A stretch of 64,000 nt of DNA, taken from contig OY769915.1 of the NCBI GenBank assembly GCA_963669205.1, positions 2,199,063 through 2,263,062 on the forward strand, in the 5' to 3' direction. The notes below the pieces were generated by a model. It worked only from the letters and a program-made list of their open reading frames with translations, was not told where the DNA came from and ran no database searches. Below, piece after piece: positions 1 to 9,603 of the stretch. The translations under genes were made by a program, and so were the position numbers. This DNA is from an uncultured Roseibium sp. Its GTDB lineage: Bacteria > Pseudomonadota > Alphaproteobacteria > Rhizobiales > Stappiaceae. Positions within the stretch are counted from its first letter, which is position 1; each line of letters begins with the position of its first letter.

Positions 1-890
1 ACTGCCCCACAAAAAAAAGCGTTTCACCCATAAATTTTGGTTAAGTAAACGTTAATCGATTGTGCAGCGCAATGCAACTCCAATTTTTCCGCTGGTTGAG
101 AACTGTCCTCGTTTTGGCATTTTTTTCAATAACATGGATAAATCAGGCTCTCCAAAAAAGTGACAATGAACATGCGTCCCGAAAACTGGCCGCGAAGCCT
201 CATATCACTTCGTTTCCTGGGCTGCCGGACGCCGGAAACGCTTACGTTTCGGTTCTGGAAGAGCGCGCAGAAAAAAGAGTGGGCCCGAAAAAGTCGGGCC
301 CTGATCGGCGGCATTGCAACTCTGTGATGCAGGTCCTCGGTTTTCGCGTTGCGCCCGGTGGTCTTGCGGGAGCAGGTCAGGTAGCGCGCCGCAGGCGGCT
401 TATGGGGTGTTTTTTTCTGGAAAAGGGCCGCGCGGAGGTCTGGGCGCGCGGCCTATCGGCAGGCGCTTGCTGCGCGCGAAGCGCATTGCCACCGTCAGGT
501 GCGAAGTCTCTGGTCAGGAAGCCGGCAACGCTCCGGTTCATGATGTGGGCAACGATTGCGCGCAGGACCGGCTGTCGATCAAGGGGACTTCTCACGCAAC
601 CGGTCGTTATCATTTTGTTAAATTTACCAAAAAACTAATTTGGTCATTTAGCTTTCGCCATCTTGAATCTAAGTTGCTATATTCGCGCGCATCCGAATGG
701 CTTGCCCCGAGCTGCGCTTTCGGTGTAGCCAATTGCAGTAATTGAACCGGGCTTCTTTAGCGAAATGGAAAGTCGCAGTGAGTGCAATGACGGTTGGTTG
801 AAGGAGCGACTTCCTGTTTCGGGAAAACCGGCAGCTGACCCTGTCGTCGTTTATTAGTTTATTTGGTATTCGCTTGAAATTGAGGTTGAA

Positions 891-1442
891 ATGATTGTCG
901 AAAAAACCGGCTTGTCCGGTGTTTTGTTAATTACACCCAAGCGGTTTGGGGACGACCGCGGGTTTTTTTCCGAGAGTTGGAGCAAGCGCGCATTTTCGGA
1001 GATCGGTATTGATATTGACTTCGTACAGGACAATCATTCCCTTAGCGCCACAACAGGAACGGTGAGGGGGCTTCATTTTCAGGCCCCGCCGCATGCACAG
1101 GCAAAACTCGTCAGGTGCGGACGCGGCCGGATTTTTGATGTCGCGGTCGATATCCGTCGTGGGTCTCCAACCTACGGAAATTGGTTTGGGACGGACCTCA
1201 GTTTCGAAAACGGCAGGCAACTGCTTGTACCGGCCGGATTCCTGCACGGGTTCATGACACTCGAACCGGATAGCGAGATCGTGTACAAGTGCTCCGACTT
1301 TTATGCGCCCGACTGTGACGGCGCTGTCCGTTGGGACAGTTGCGGGATCGACTGGCCGCTGGCAGGCATCGAACCGGTTCTGTCTGAAAAGGACGCGGCC
1401 GCACCAGCGCTTGCTGCATTTGAAACACCATTTGAATATTGA
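891..1442 (+). CDS. rfbC: dTDP-4-dehydrorhamnose 3,5-epimerase
   Basis: 183-aa ORF. The translation shows RmlC cupin motifs ([22 protein letters not shown]). A GAGG-like RBS lies just upstream of ATG 891. It is the first gene of a four-gene rhamnose block. Confidence 0.93.
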   Translation: MIVEKTGLSGVLLITPKRFGDDRGFFSESWSKRAFSEIGIDIDFVQDNHSLSATTGTVRGLHFQAPPHAQAKLVRCGRGRIFDVAVDIRRGSPTYGNWFGTDLSFENGRQLLVPAGFLHGFMTLEPDSEIVYKCSDFYAPDCDGAVRWDSCGIDWPLAGIEPVLSEKDAAAPALAAFETPFEY

Positions 1443-1450
1443 GGGAATTG

Positions 1451-2506
1451 ATGAAGATTCTTGTCACGGGCGGAGCGGGCTTCATTGGCTCGGCTGTAAT
1501 CCGACTTGCCGTTCAGCGCGGTCTGAACGTTGTCAATCTTGACGCTCTTACCTACGCGGCGTGTCTGGACAATGTTGCCTCGGTTGCCGACAGCCCTCTT
1601 TATGCGTTCGAGCAGGCTGACATTCGCGACAGGCAGGCCCTGAAGCGGGTCTTCGCCGAGCACCGTCCTGACGCGGTCATGCACCTGGCTGCCGAGAGTC
1701 ACGTGGACAGGTCCATCGACGGCCCTTCCGACTTCATCGAAACCAATATCACCGGCACCTTCAACATGCTCGAGGCATCTCGGACATATTGGCAGGAGGC
1801 GGGCAAACCGGAAGCGTTCCGGTTCCACCAGATTTCGACCGATGAAGTTTTCGGCTCGCTCGGGGAGACTGGTCTTTTCACCGAGACGACGGCATATGAT
1901 CCGCGCAGTCCCTATTCGGCGTCGAAGGCGGCATCCGATCACCTCGTGCGGGCATGGCACGAAACCTACGGGCTTCCGATTGTCCTGACCAACTGCTCGA
2001 ACAACTACGGACCGTATCACTTCCCTGAAAAGCTCATCCCCGTCGTCATTCTCAACGCGCTCGCCGGCAAGCCGATCCCTGTATACGGCAAGGGCGAAAA
2101 TGTGCGCGACTGGCTTTATGTCGAGGATCACGCCGATGCGCTTCTCCTGGTCCTGCAGAAGGGTACTGCCGGCCGCAGCTACAATGTCGGCGGCGAAAAT
2201 GAGCGCAGGAACATCGATCTTGTAAGAACCATCTGCAGCCTGCTCGATCAAAAACGTCCGAGGGCGCAAGGGTCCTATTCCGAACAGATAACCTTTGTAA
2301 CGGACAGACCCGGCCACGATATGCGCTATGCCATCGACCCGGCGCGCATTCGCGAAGAACTCGGCTGGAAACCCAGTGTCAATGTCGAGGAAGGTCTGGA
2401 GAAGACCGTGCAGTGGTATCTCGACAACGAGAGCTGGTGGCGGGCCTTGCAGGACCGCAAGGGTGTCGGCGAGCGGCTCGGTGTCGCCGCAGGTGCCAGG
2501 GCATGA
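1451..2506 (+). CDS. rfbB: dTDP-glucose 4,6-dehydratase
   Basis: ATG at 1451 gives [14 protein letters not shown]; the ORF track starts 12 nt earlier at a TTG. It has the extended-SDR Rossmann motif and the catalytic YSASKAASD motif. It sits directly downstream of rfbC. Confidence 0.95.
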   Translation: MKILVTGGAGFIGSAVIRLAVQRGLNVVNLDALTYAACLDNVASVADSPLYAFEQADIRDRQALKRVFAEHRPDAVMHLAAESHVDRSIDGPSDFIETNITGTFNMLEASRTYWQEAGKPEAFRFHQISTDEVFGSLGETGLFTETTAYDPRSPYSASKAASDHLVRAWHETYGLPIVLTNCSNNYGPYHFPEKLIPVVILNALAGKPIPVYGKGENVRDWLYVEDHADALLLVLQKGTAGRSYNVGGENERRNIDLVRTICSLLDQKRPRAQGSYSEQITFVTDRPGHDMRYAIDPARIREELGWKPSVNVEEGLEKTVQWYLDNESWWRALQDRKGVGERLGVAAGARA

Positions 2507-3351
2507 TGCTTGTTTTTGGTTCCTCCGGGCAGGTGGCAACCGAACTCCGGGAAAGGTTGCCGGACGCCGTCTTCCTCGGACGGGAGCAGGCGGATCTGTC
2601 GGTGCACACGGACATTGGCGGGATCATCGGGGAAATAGGCCCGGAGGCGATCATCAACGCGGCGGCATATACGGCGGTTGACAGAGCGGAAGAGGAAGAA
2701 ACTCTGGCGCTGAAGGTGAATGCGCAGGCGCCCGCCGAGATGGCGAAGGCAGCGGCCAGGCTACGTATCCCGCTGGTTCACATTTCCACCGACTATGTGT
2801 TTGACGGCAGCGGTGAGGAGGCGTTTGCGCCTGATGCGGAACCCGCGCCGCTCGGAGCCTATGGACGCACCAAGCTGAAAGGCGAGGAGGCAATCGAGGC
2901 CGCAGCGTCGGTCTACGCCATCTTGCGCACCAGTTGGGTGTTTTCGGCCCATGGCTCGAATTTCCTGAAGACAATGCTGCGCCTTTCGGAAACACGGGAT
3001 CATCTGACGATCGTTGCCGATCAGATTGGAGGCCCGACACCGGCATCTGCAATCGCGGACGCTTGTGTGAAAATTGCCCGATCCTTGGCGGAGGAGCCCG
3101 CGAAAGCCGGAACGTACCATTTTTCCGGTACGCCGGAGGTCAGTTGGGCGGACTTTGCGCGTGAGATCTTCAGGCAGGCTGGCCGAACGGTCACCGTCGA
3201 GGATATTCCGACATCAGCTTATCCGACACCGGCGGAACGGCCGCTCAATTCGCGTCTGGATTGCGGGTCGTTGTCCGAATTCGGACTGAACCGTCCTGAC
3301 TGGAAAGACGGCGTGGCAGACACTTTGGCAAAACTGGGTGTGACTTCATGA
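2503..3351 (+). CDS. rfbD: dTDP-4-dehydrorhamnose reductase
   Basis: In-frame ATG at 2503 overlaps the rfbB stop (ATGA). The translation [11 protein letters not shown]...ISTDYVFDG...YGRTK fits RmlD. The longer track ORF from 2413 is read-through of the rfbB 3' end. Confidence 0.9.
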   Translation: MMLVFGSSGQVATELRERLPDAVFLGREQADLSVHTDIGGIIGEIGPEAIINAAAYTAVDRAEEEETLALKVNAQAPAEMAKAAARLRIPLVHISTDYVFDGSGEEAFAPDAEPAPLGAYGRTKLKGEEAIEAAASVYAILRTSWVFSAHGSNFLKTMLRLSETRDHLTIVADQIGGPTPASAIADACVKIARSLAEEPAKAGTYHFSGTPEVSWADFAREIFRQAGRTVTVEDIPTSAYPTPAERPLNSRLDCGSLSEFGLNRPDWKDGVADTLAKLGVTS

Positions 3352-4217
3352 CAAATCGCAAGGGCATTATTCTCGCTGGAGGATCCGGCACGCGGCTATT
3401 CCCTCTGACAATGGCCGTCTCGAAACAGCTGATGCCGATCTACGACAAGCCGATGATTTATTATCCGCTGTCTGTGCTGATGCTGACGGGCATCCGGGAA
3501 GTCGCCATCATCACGACCCCCGAGGACCAGCCGCAATTCAGGCGCCTTCTCCAGGATGGCAGCCAGTGGGGCATGCGCTTCGAATACATCGTCCAGCCAT
3601 CGCCGGATGGACTGGCACAAGCCTACATCCTCGCCGAGGACTTCCTGGACGGTGCGCCGTCCACAATGGTGCTCGGAGACAACATCTTCTTTGGACACGG
3701 ACTTCCCGAGGTTCTCGGTGCCGCCGACGCCCGTGAACAGGGAGGAACTGTTTTCGGATATCATGTCGCCGACCCGGAGCGGTATGGTGTCGTGAAGTTC
3801 AATGATGCTGGTCTTGCCGAAGAAATTATCGAAAAGCCGGCGGTGCCTCCGTCCAATTATGCGGTCACCGGTCTCTATTTTCTGGATGGAGATGCTCCGC
3901 GCAGGGCGCGCGAAGTGAAGCCCTCGCCGCGCGGCGAACTGGAAATCGTCACGTTGCTGGAAATGTATCTGCAGGAAGGGGCATTGAACGTCGAACGCAT
4001 GGGACGCGGCTTTGCCTGGCTCGACACCGGCACGCACGAGTCATTGCTGGACGCGGGAAATTTCGTCAGAACGCTGTCTGTTAGGCAAGGCATGCAATCG
4101 GGCTGCCCGGAAGAGATCTCCTATGCGAACGGCTGGATCGACCGGGAAAAGCTTCTGGAACATGCCGAGGTGTTCGGAAAAACCGAATATGGGAAGTATC
4201 TAAAGGCACTGGTGTGA
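3348..4217 (+). CDS. rfbA: glucose-1-phosphate thymidylyltransferase
   Basis: It has the GIILAGGSGTRLFPLT nucleotidyltransferase motif and full-length RmlA-like sequence. ATG 3348 overlaps the rfbD stop (ATGA). Confidence 0.95.
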   Translation: MTNRKGIILAGGSGTRLFPLTMAVSKQLMPIYDKPMIYYPLSVLMLTGIREVAIITTPEDQPQFRRLLQDGSQWGMRFEYIVQPSPDGLAQAYILAEDFLDGAPSTMVLGDNIFFGHGLPEVLGAADAREQGGTVFGYHVADPERYGVVKFNDAGLAEEIIEKPAVPPSNYAVTGLYFLDGDAPRRAREVKPSPRGELEIVTLLEMYLQEGALNVERMGRGFAWLDTGTHESLLDAGNFVRTLSVRQGMQSGCPEEISYANGWIDREKLLEHAEVFGKTEYGKYLKALV

Positions 4218-4336
4218 GCTGACGGGATGTTGATGATTTTCCCGGCGATGGCACGCCGCACCTGCGACGGTTCCGCGGAAGGTTGCCGGCGCGGCGACGC
4301 ACTGCAGTCAATTTGGCCATTGAGGATGAGTGTATT

Positions 4337-5170
4337 GTGAAGATACAGCATGTGATCCTGACGCGCTTCAACCTGGCAACGCCCGGCCGCGAAAAGGCGA
4401 TACGCAATCAGCCGGGATGGCTGTCCGAACGGTTTGAACTGTTCGAGCGCTATTGCCTTCCCTCAGTAGCCGCGCAGACCCACAAAGATTTTCACTGGAT
4501 TGTTTTCTTCGACGAGAAAACGCCCGATCAGTTCAAGGAACGTATCGATAAACTCCGCGGTTCCTGCGGTTTTTTCCCTTACTACACCAAACTGTTTCCA
4601 GCAGACGGTTGGGCCAACGCCATACGCGAGGTTCTGGGACCGCAACCACAAGGGACGCACCTCCTGACGACCAGGCTCGACAATGATGACGGGCTCGCAT
4701 TGGATTTCACCCAGAGACTTCACGAGAATGTCGTGTCCATGCAGGCGGGTGACATACCTATTGTGTTCAACTTCACCCAGGGCTTCATTCTCAATCGGGC
4801 GCGACTTTACCGGCTCCGCCACAAGAGCAACGCATTCGCCAGCCTGTTGGAGCCGTTTGATGAGGACATGCGCACGATCACGACGATCCCCCATATGGAT
4901 CTCGGCAGCGAATATGAGATCCGGCAGATCGAGGGGCCGGGCGCATGGCTTCAGGTCGTTCACGAAACCAATGTCTCAAACAAGATCAGAGGTTTTCGTG
5001 TTTCTTCACAGGAAGCAAAGCAGCGGTTTCCGAGTGCGATCGGTGACGAGTTCGAAGACGCAAGCGCGGCAACAGCGCTGCTGGAGAACATGACGATCAG
5101 TCTGGTTCGAGGAGCCCGGGACCGTTTTCTGGACCTTCGGCGCGGCCTTGTGGGCAATAATCCGACCTAG
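4337..5170 (+). CDS. putative rhamnosyltransferase-family glycosyltransferase
   Basis: The N-terminus VKIQHVILTRFNLA...LFERYCLPSVAAQT...FHWIVFFD...TTRLDNDDG matches my recollection of the Pfam 'putative rhamnosyl transferase' family. The start is uncertain: GTG 4337 has GAGGA 10 nt upstream, versus TTG 4283 in the track. Confidence 0.55.
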   Translation: MKIQHVILTRFNLATPGREKAIRNQPGWLSERFELFERYCLPSVAAQTHKDFHWIVFFDEKTPDQFKERIDKLRGSCGFFPYYTKLFPADGWANAIREVLGPQPQGTHLLTTRLDNDDGLALDFTQRLHENVVSMQAGDIPIVFNFTQGFILNRARLYRLRHKSNAFASLLEPFDEDMRTITTIPHMDLGSEYEIRQIEGPGAWLQVVHETNVSNKIRGFRVSSQEAKQRFPSAIGDEFEDASAATALLENMTISLVRGARDRFLDLRRGLVGNNPT

Positions 5171-5781
5171 CTGTAAAGTCCCGCAAACCACCGGGTGACT
5201 GCGACTGCGGCAAGGAAGGTCTTCATTTCCCCGCGTTGAGCTGATGCTGGGTGCGACCGAAATGGCGACCCGGCCGCCCTCTCATGCGGGCCTCTCCTGT
5301 GCCGGAGGAACACCCGTCTTGCCGTTCTCCATGGTCAATCACCGAGCGTTCCGCTCCCCGAGCCGCGCGTATCCAGTCGGGTTCCGCAACCCTGTGGCCG
5401 AGGCTTCGCGGGGCACCTGCGCATTTGAACGACAGCTTTCATCGTCCTGACTGCATCGCCGTCTGTCTCATATGGCCTGTACACGCACCTGAGTCGCCTT
5501 CGGTTGGATTTTCATACCCAGGCTCACCCGTCCTTGACCTATTTTTCCTCTACGTTTTCTTTTGTTCTAGTCATAGTAAAAAAACTTTGAACAAGACTTT
5601 TTAAAATTTACTTATAGTCAATTTTTCCAATAATTCGCCTATTTTCGAGCATTTTTAGACGAATATATTTGCGGCGAGCCGATGTAAGTTCCCGCTTGAT
5701 CTCAGTGAAAGATTAGTTTTGGATTTTTCGTCTTAAAAGCACATAAAAATTTATAGATTTGCAGAATTAAATCATAATTCA

Positions 5782-8658
5782 ATGGCGCTAGTTCAAGATA
5801 CAAATTCAACTCGATGGAGTCGTTATATGTCTGGAACCAACGCGTCCTCTGTAAACGAGGTTTTCGTTTCCAACGCTGAAGAATTATACCAGGCGCTGGA
5901 GTCGGCGACTGAAGGTACCGTCATCCGCTTGGCCGGCGGTGACTATGGGGAATTGCGTCTCATCGACATCGAAGAGCAACCTGCGAACTATGCGAAGAAC
6001 ATCACCATCGCGTCCGCCGATCCGGACGATCCGGCAGTCTTCAGTGAACTGACACTGGGTGGCGTTTCAGACTTCCATTTTGAAGGACTGACATTTGACT
6101 ACGACTATCAGGATGGCGACCCCTGGTACACGCGGCCGTTCAATATCGATCTCGGCACCTCGAACGTTACCTTCAAGAACAACACCTTCGAGGGAGAGTT
6201 TGTCGAGGGTGCCGGTGAGCACTACGATGGCTACGGCTACGGCATTGGTTTGTTCGTCAGGGACTCCAGCGACATTCTTTTCGAAGGCAACGAGTTTACC
6301 GGCTTCATCAAGGGCTTGAGCCTCGAGGGCTCGTCCAACATCGACGTGATCTCCAACGAGTTCCACAATATGTCCAGCGACGGCATCAACCTGTCCGAAG
6401 TCGACGGCGTGAATATTGTGAACAACCACTTTCACGATTTCCAAAAGGCCCCGACAAGTGATGCGCATATGGATTTCATCCAGATGTTCAGCGTCGGCGG
6501 AGAGCCTTCAAAGAATGTTGTTATCTCGAATAACATCATGAACAGCGGTGAGGGATCAGCGACGCACAGCATTTTTCTGAGAAACGAATATGCTGATAGC
6601 AATCCTGGCGACACCGACGCTTATTACGAGAATTTCGTGATCACGGACAACGTGATCTACAATGCGCACGTGCACGGCATTACGGTTGGTCAGACCAATG
6701 GTCTGCTGATTGAAAACAACACGCTGCTCTACAATCCCGACGCGGCCTACGATATCACTCGCGAGGATGGGACCGTGGACTCGGAAGCATTCGCTCCGCG
6801 CATCAATCTGTTCACGGGCGAAATGCAGGACGTGACCGTCCAGAACAACGTGACGCAGACTGAAAACTCCATTGCGGGTGACTCCTACAATGTAAAAGAC
6901 AACGTTGTTCTTCAGGACGATGATCCGAATGGCGCGTATTACACTTCAAATGTGATTGCCAATGCCAATGCCGGCGAGGTCGCAAATCTGGGTGATCTCA
7001 AATTCGTCCCGGATAGCGGTTTGGACAGTGTCGGCGCGCAAATGTCGCAATTTGACATGACGCCTGAAGACCTTTCCGGATACATCACGAGTTCGGTGGG
7101 GACTGGCCTACAGTCGCAAACGGTAACATTTGATGCCACGGCCATATTCGATGCATCGGGCGCGATGGACATATCGAGTGCGCAAGTCGTGTGGACATTC
7201 GGCGATGGTTCCACGGCGCAGGGAGCGGTGGTTTCCCACAGTTACGAGCAACCGGGTCAGTATGCGGCTGAGGCTGAAATCAAATTGGCGTCAGGCGAAA
7301 CACTTACTCTCAAGAAAGTTGTCGAGGCGGTGACGCCGATCCCGATCGCAATGACATTCGACGAGAGTTCGGTTGGCGATCTTGATGCGGACACCTCCCA
7401 GGAAGTGGCCCTTGAGGGAGGTGCGATACGGCTTAACGACGGCCATATCAAAGTCAAGTCGTCCAGCGAAATGTTGAACCAGGAGAGCTTCACGTTCGCC
7501 TTCGACATGAAGTCGGACGGAGAACTTCAGAGCGTTGCTTATCTCGCGGAACTCGTGAACAGCTTTTCCATTCGAATGAACAATGAAGACATCGCCGTCT
7601 TTGTTACCATTGACGGGGTCAAGCACAGTCTTGTTGTCTCCAGCGAAACGGTAACGCCTGATGCGTGGCATCAGATCGCACTGACGTTCTCGGGAGAAAC
7701 AGGTGAACTTCATGTGATGGTAGACGGGGTTTCCGTCGGCTCGATCAATGGCCTCGACGGCGGGATCCTGATCGGTGATGCAAGCCGGTCGTTGGTGATG
7801 GGTGACGAGCATCTGAACAACCATTTTGATGGGCTCATCGATAACGTCTATTTTGTCACCGAGGCGCTTTCTTCCGACCAGTTGAAAGACATCAACGCGA
7901 TCGCGGATTCACTGGGCGCCGACGAGCCGGCGGATCCGCAAGAGCCGGCACCCGTTGATCCTCCGGCTGAAGAGGAGGAACCGGTCGTCCCGGAAGAACC
8001 TGCCGTGCAGCCCGAGACCAACGAGAATCAGGACATTCGCGGAAGCCACGATGTAGACGATGTGCTCGTTGGCGGCGGCGGCGATGACAGCATCATGTCC
8101 GGTGGCGGCAATGATACTGTGCGCGCAGGCGGTGGCGCCGACAAGGTTTACGGCGGTGATGGTGACGACATCCTGAGTGGTGAAGACGGGAATGACACGA
8201 TCTACGGCCAAAATGGCAATGACTTTATCGATGGTGGGCTCGGTGCCGATTACCTGAATGGCGGTGAAGGCGACGACACGTTCGTGTTCGATGCTGACGA
8301 CCTTGTCGTGCAAGGCGATGCTGGTTACGACAAGATCGTGGTCAATGCAGGCGCAGATGGTGTCGCCGACGTTAGCAACGTCAAGCTCGTTTCCATTGAG
8401 GAGATTGATGCAACCAACGGGACGATCGACACAATTGAACTGAGCTTCAGAAACCTTGCACAGTACGACGATACAACTTTGATGGTGGGGGGCGACGAGG
8501 GTGATATCGTCAAGTTCGAAGGGGCCCTTGCATTGGCTGAAGAAACAGTCGTCGACGGAACCGCCTACAACAGGTACACGACGCAGTGGTATTCGACTGA
8601 ACTTGATGTTCTGATCGAAAAGGGTCTCAACATTCAGGACGCTGATTTCGTTCTGTAA
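5782..8658 (+). CDS. modular secreted protein: right-handed beta-helix + PKD + LamG-like + P/E linker + RTX repeats (type I secretion substrate), candidate polysaccharide epimerase/lyase
   Basis: 958-aa ORF with no N-terminal signal peptide. Repeated NN..H/DGI-type beta-helix turns lie in residues ~30-400. A PKD-like segment follows (VVWTFGDGSTAQGAVVSHSYEQPGQY), then a LamG-like segment ending LIDNVYFV and a Pro/Glu-rich linker. Six to seven GGxGxD nonapeptides are present (GGGGDDSIMSGGGNDTVRAGGGADKVYGGDGDD...), and the tail ends ...DADFVL. ATG 5827, with GGAG 8 nt upstream, is an alternative start. Confidence 0.85.
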   Translation: MALVQDTNSTRWSRYMSGTNASSVNEVFVSNAEELYQALESATEGTVIRLAGGDYGELRLIDIEEQPANYAKNITIASADPDDPAVFSELTLGGVSDFHFEGLTFDYDYQDGDPWYTRPFNIDLGTSNVTFKNNTFEGEFVEGAGEHYDGYGYGIGLFVRDSSDILFEGNEFTGFIKGLSLEGSSNIDVISNEFHNMSSDGINLSEVDGVNIVNNHFHDFQKAPTSDAHMDFIQMFSVGGEPSKNVVISNNIMNSGEGSATHSIFLRNEYADSNPGDTDAYYENFVITDNVIYNAHVHGITVGQTNGLLIENNTLLYNPDAAYDITREDGTVDSEAFAPRINLFTGEMQDVTVQNNVTQTENSIAGDSYNVKDNVVLQDDDPNGAYYTSNVIANANAGEVANLGDLKFVPDSGLDSVGAQMSQFDMTPEDLSGYITSSVGTGLQSQTVTFDATAIFDASGAMDISSAQVVWTFGDGSTAQGAVVSHSYEQPGQYAAEAEIKLASGETLTLKKVVEAVTPIPIAMTFDESSVGDLDADTSQEVALEGGAIRLNDGHIKVKSSSEMLNQESFTFAFDMKSDGELQSVAYLAELVNSFSIRMNNEDIAVFVTIDGVKHSLVVSSETVTPDAWHQIALTFSGETGELHVMVDGVSVGSINGLDGGILIGDASRSLVMGDEHLNNHFDGLIDNVYFVTEALSSDQLKDINAIADSLGADEPADPQEPAPVDPPAEEEEPVVPEEPAVQPETNENQDIRGSHDVDDVLVGGGGDDSIMSGGGNDTVRAGGGADKVYGGDGDDILSGEDGNDTIYGQNGNDFIDGGLGADYLNGGEGDDTFVFDADDLVVQGDAGYDKIVVNAGADGVADVSNVKLVSIEEIDATNGTIDTIELSFRNLAQYDDTTLMVGGDEGDIVKFEGALALAEETVVDGTAYNRYTTQWYSTELDVLIEKGLNIQDADFVL

Positions 8659-8688
8659 AGCTGACGTGTTCAACACTCCGAAACTTCC

Positions 8689-8718
8689 GAACAGGCCCAT
8701 GTTTCCATGGGCCTGTTC
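8689..8718 (+). terminator. Rho-independent terminator downstream of the beta-helix/RTX gene
   Basis: Perfect 13-bp stem gaacaggcccatg/catgggcctgttc with a 4-nt loop, followed by tgtgttt. It lies 31 nt after the stop codon. Confidence 0.7.
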
Positions 8719-9233
8719 TGTGTTTGCCCAGCCGCAACAAACAGACTTCAACGGTGTCGATCCGAATTTCGAACCTTGACCCGTGAACCGACAACACTTG
8801 CCACAGCGGGATCGTCAGCGCCTTTCGTGAGAGGGTATGGGGTGGCTTGCATGGGCTTGGGCAGTGCACACTACCGAAGGGCCCGTATTGCGGTCGTGGC
8901 GCTGCGTCGTCATGCGCACGCAAAGACGAAATTCTGCCGAGCGACACCGACGCTACCCCATTTTCGCTGACGCGGTAACAGGCACGGATACGTTGTGCGA
9001 TTTTGGCCGATTCCGAAACGTCAAGTGATCTCGGATCCCGCAGTGATGTAGTTTCGGCGCCGGCATGGTGCGTTTGCGGAGTGTTTCCAAAGTGCCGGCT
9101 GAATCCGGCGCCATATAAGTCAACTGCAGTTTCCCAGGGTATCGCTAGAGCATTTTCCGACCAATTTGGGTCATTTGACCGAGGCCCCTTTCGCGCTGGC
9201 GAGACGGTTCGCCCGCCGCGGTGTTTCCTACCA

Positions 9234-9311
9234 CTAGTGCGGTAAATTTGAAGTTCGCATCATTGCTGCAGCAGTCTCCGAAGCGAACTTCAAATTCGTG
9301 AACCGCACTAG
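9234..9311. repeat. long imperfect hairpin A (CTAG-bounded)
   Basis: ctagtgcggt + aaatttgaagttcgc pairs with gcgaacttcaaatt + (cgtga) accgcactag. The loop contains the small palindrome tgctgcagca. Confidence 0.7.
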
Positions 9312-9324
9312 AAACATAGACTCG

Positions 9325-9400
9325 CTAGTCACATTCTTGAATCTGAAGTTCGTTCGAAGCCCGCTGCAAAATGGGTCGAACTTCAGATTCAGGTGACTAG
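9325..9400. repeat. long imperfect hairpin B (CTAG-bounded), same architecture as hairpin A
   Basis: ctagtcac(attct)tgaatctgaagttcg pairs with cgaacttcagattca(g)gtgactag. It shares the CTAGT ends and the GAAGTTCG/CGAACTTC core with hairpin A. Confidence 0.7.
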
Positions 9401-9603
9401 GGTGAACCAACGATGCCGGAGCGAAAAGGGGCCCGGCCAATCTTGATGTTTGTCGCTTGAATACGTTCCACAAAGGGTGAGAATATCCAGCCCATCGGCG
9501 GCGTTGTGCCACTTGCACGATGCACCGCATCGCGCTTCGTGACCCGCCTGACCGAGTGAACTGGATATCCTCATCAAATGATCCAAATTGGTCGGAAAAT
9601 GCT

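Noticed and set aside
377-613. 78-aa minus-strand ORF upstream of the rfb operon as a possible small regulator
   Set aside because: It has no recognisable motif. It overlaps two other equally implausible ORFs, and a strong stem-loop lies inside it. I kept it only as part of the 'structured GC-rich island' finding.
1301-2539. 412-aa minus-strand ORF opposite rfbB
   Set aside because: It is an antisense shadow of the dTDP-glucose dehydratase gene and has no recognisable motifs.
8740-8800. tRNA-like words (ccgaatttcgaacc, gtgaaccg) downstream of the beta-helix gene
   Set aside because: I could not build acceptor or T-arm pairing around the TTCGAA-like word. The putative T-stem halves are not complementary. 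I treat it as chance similarity, or at most a decayed fragment.
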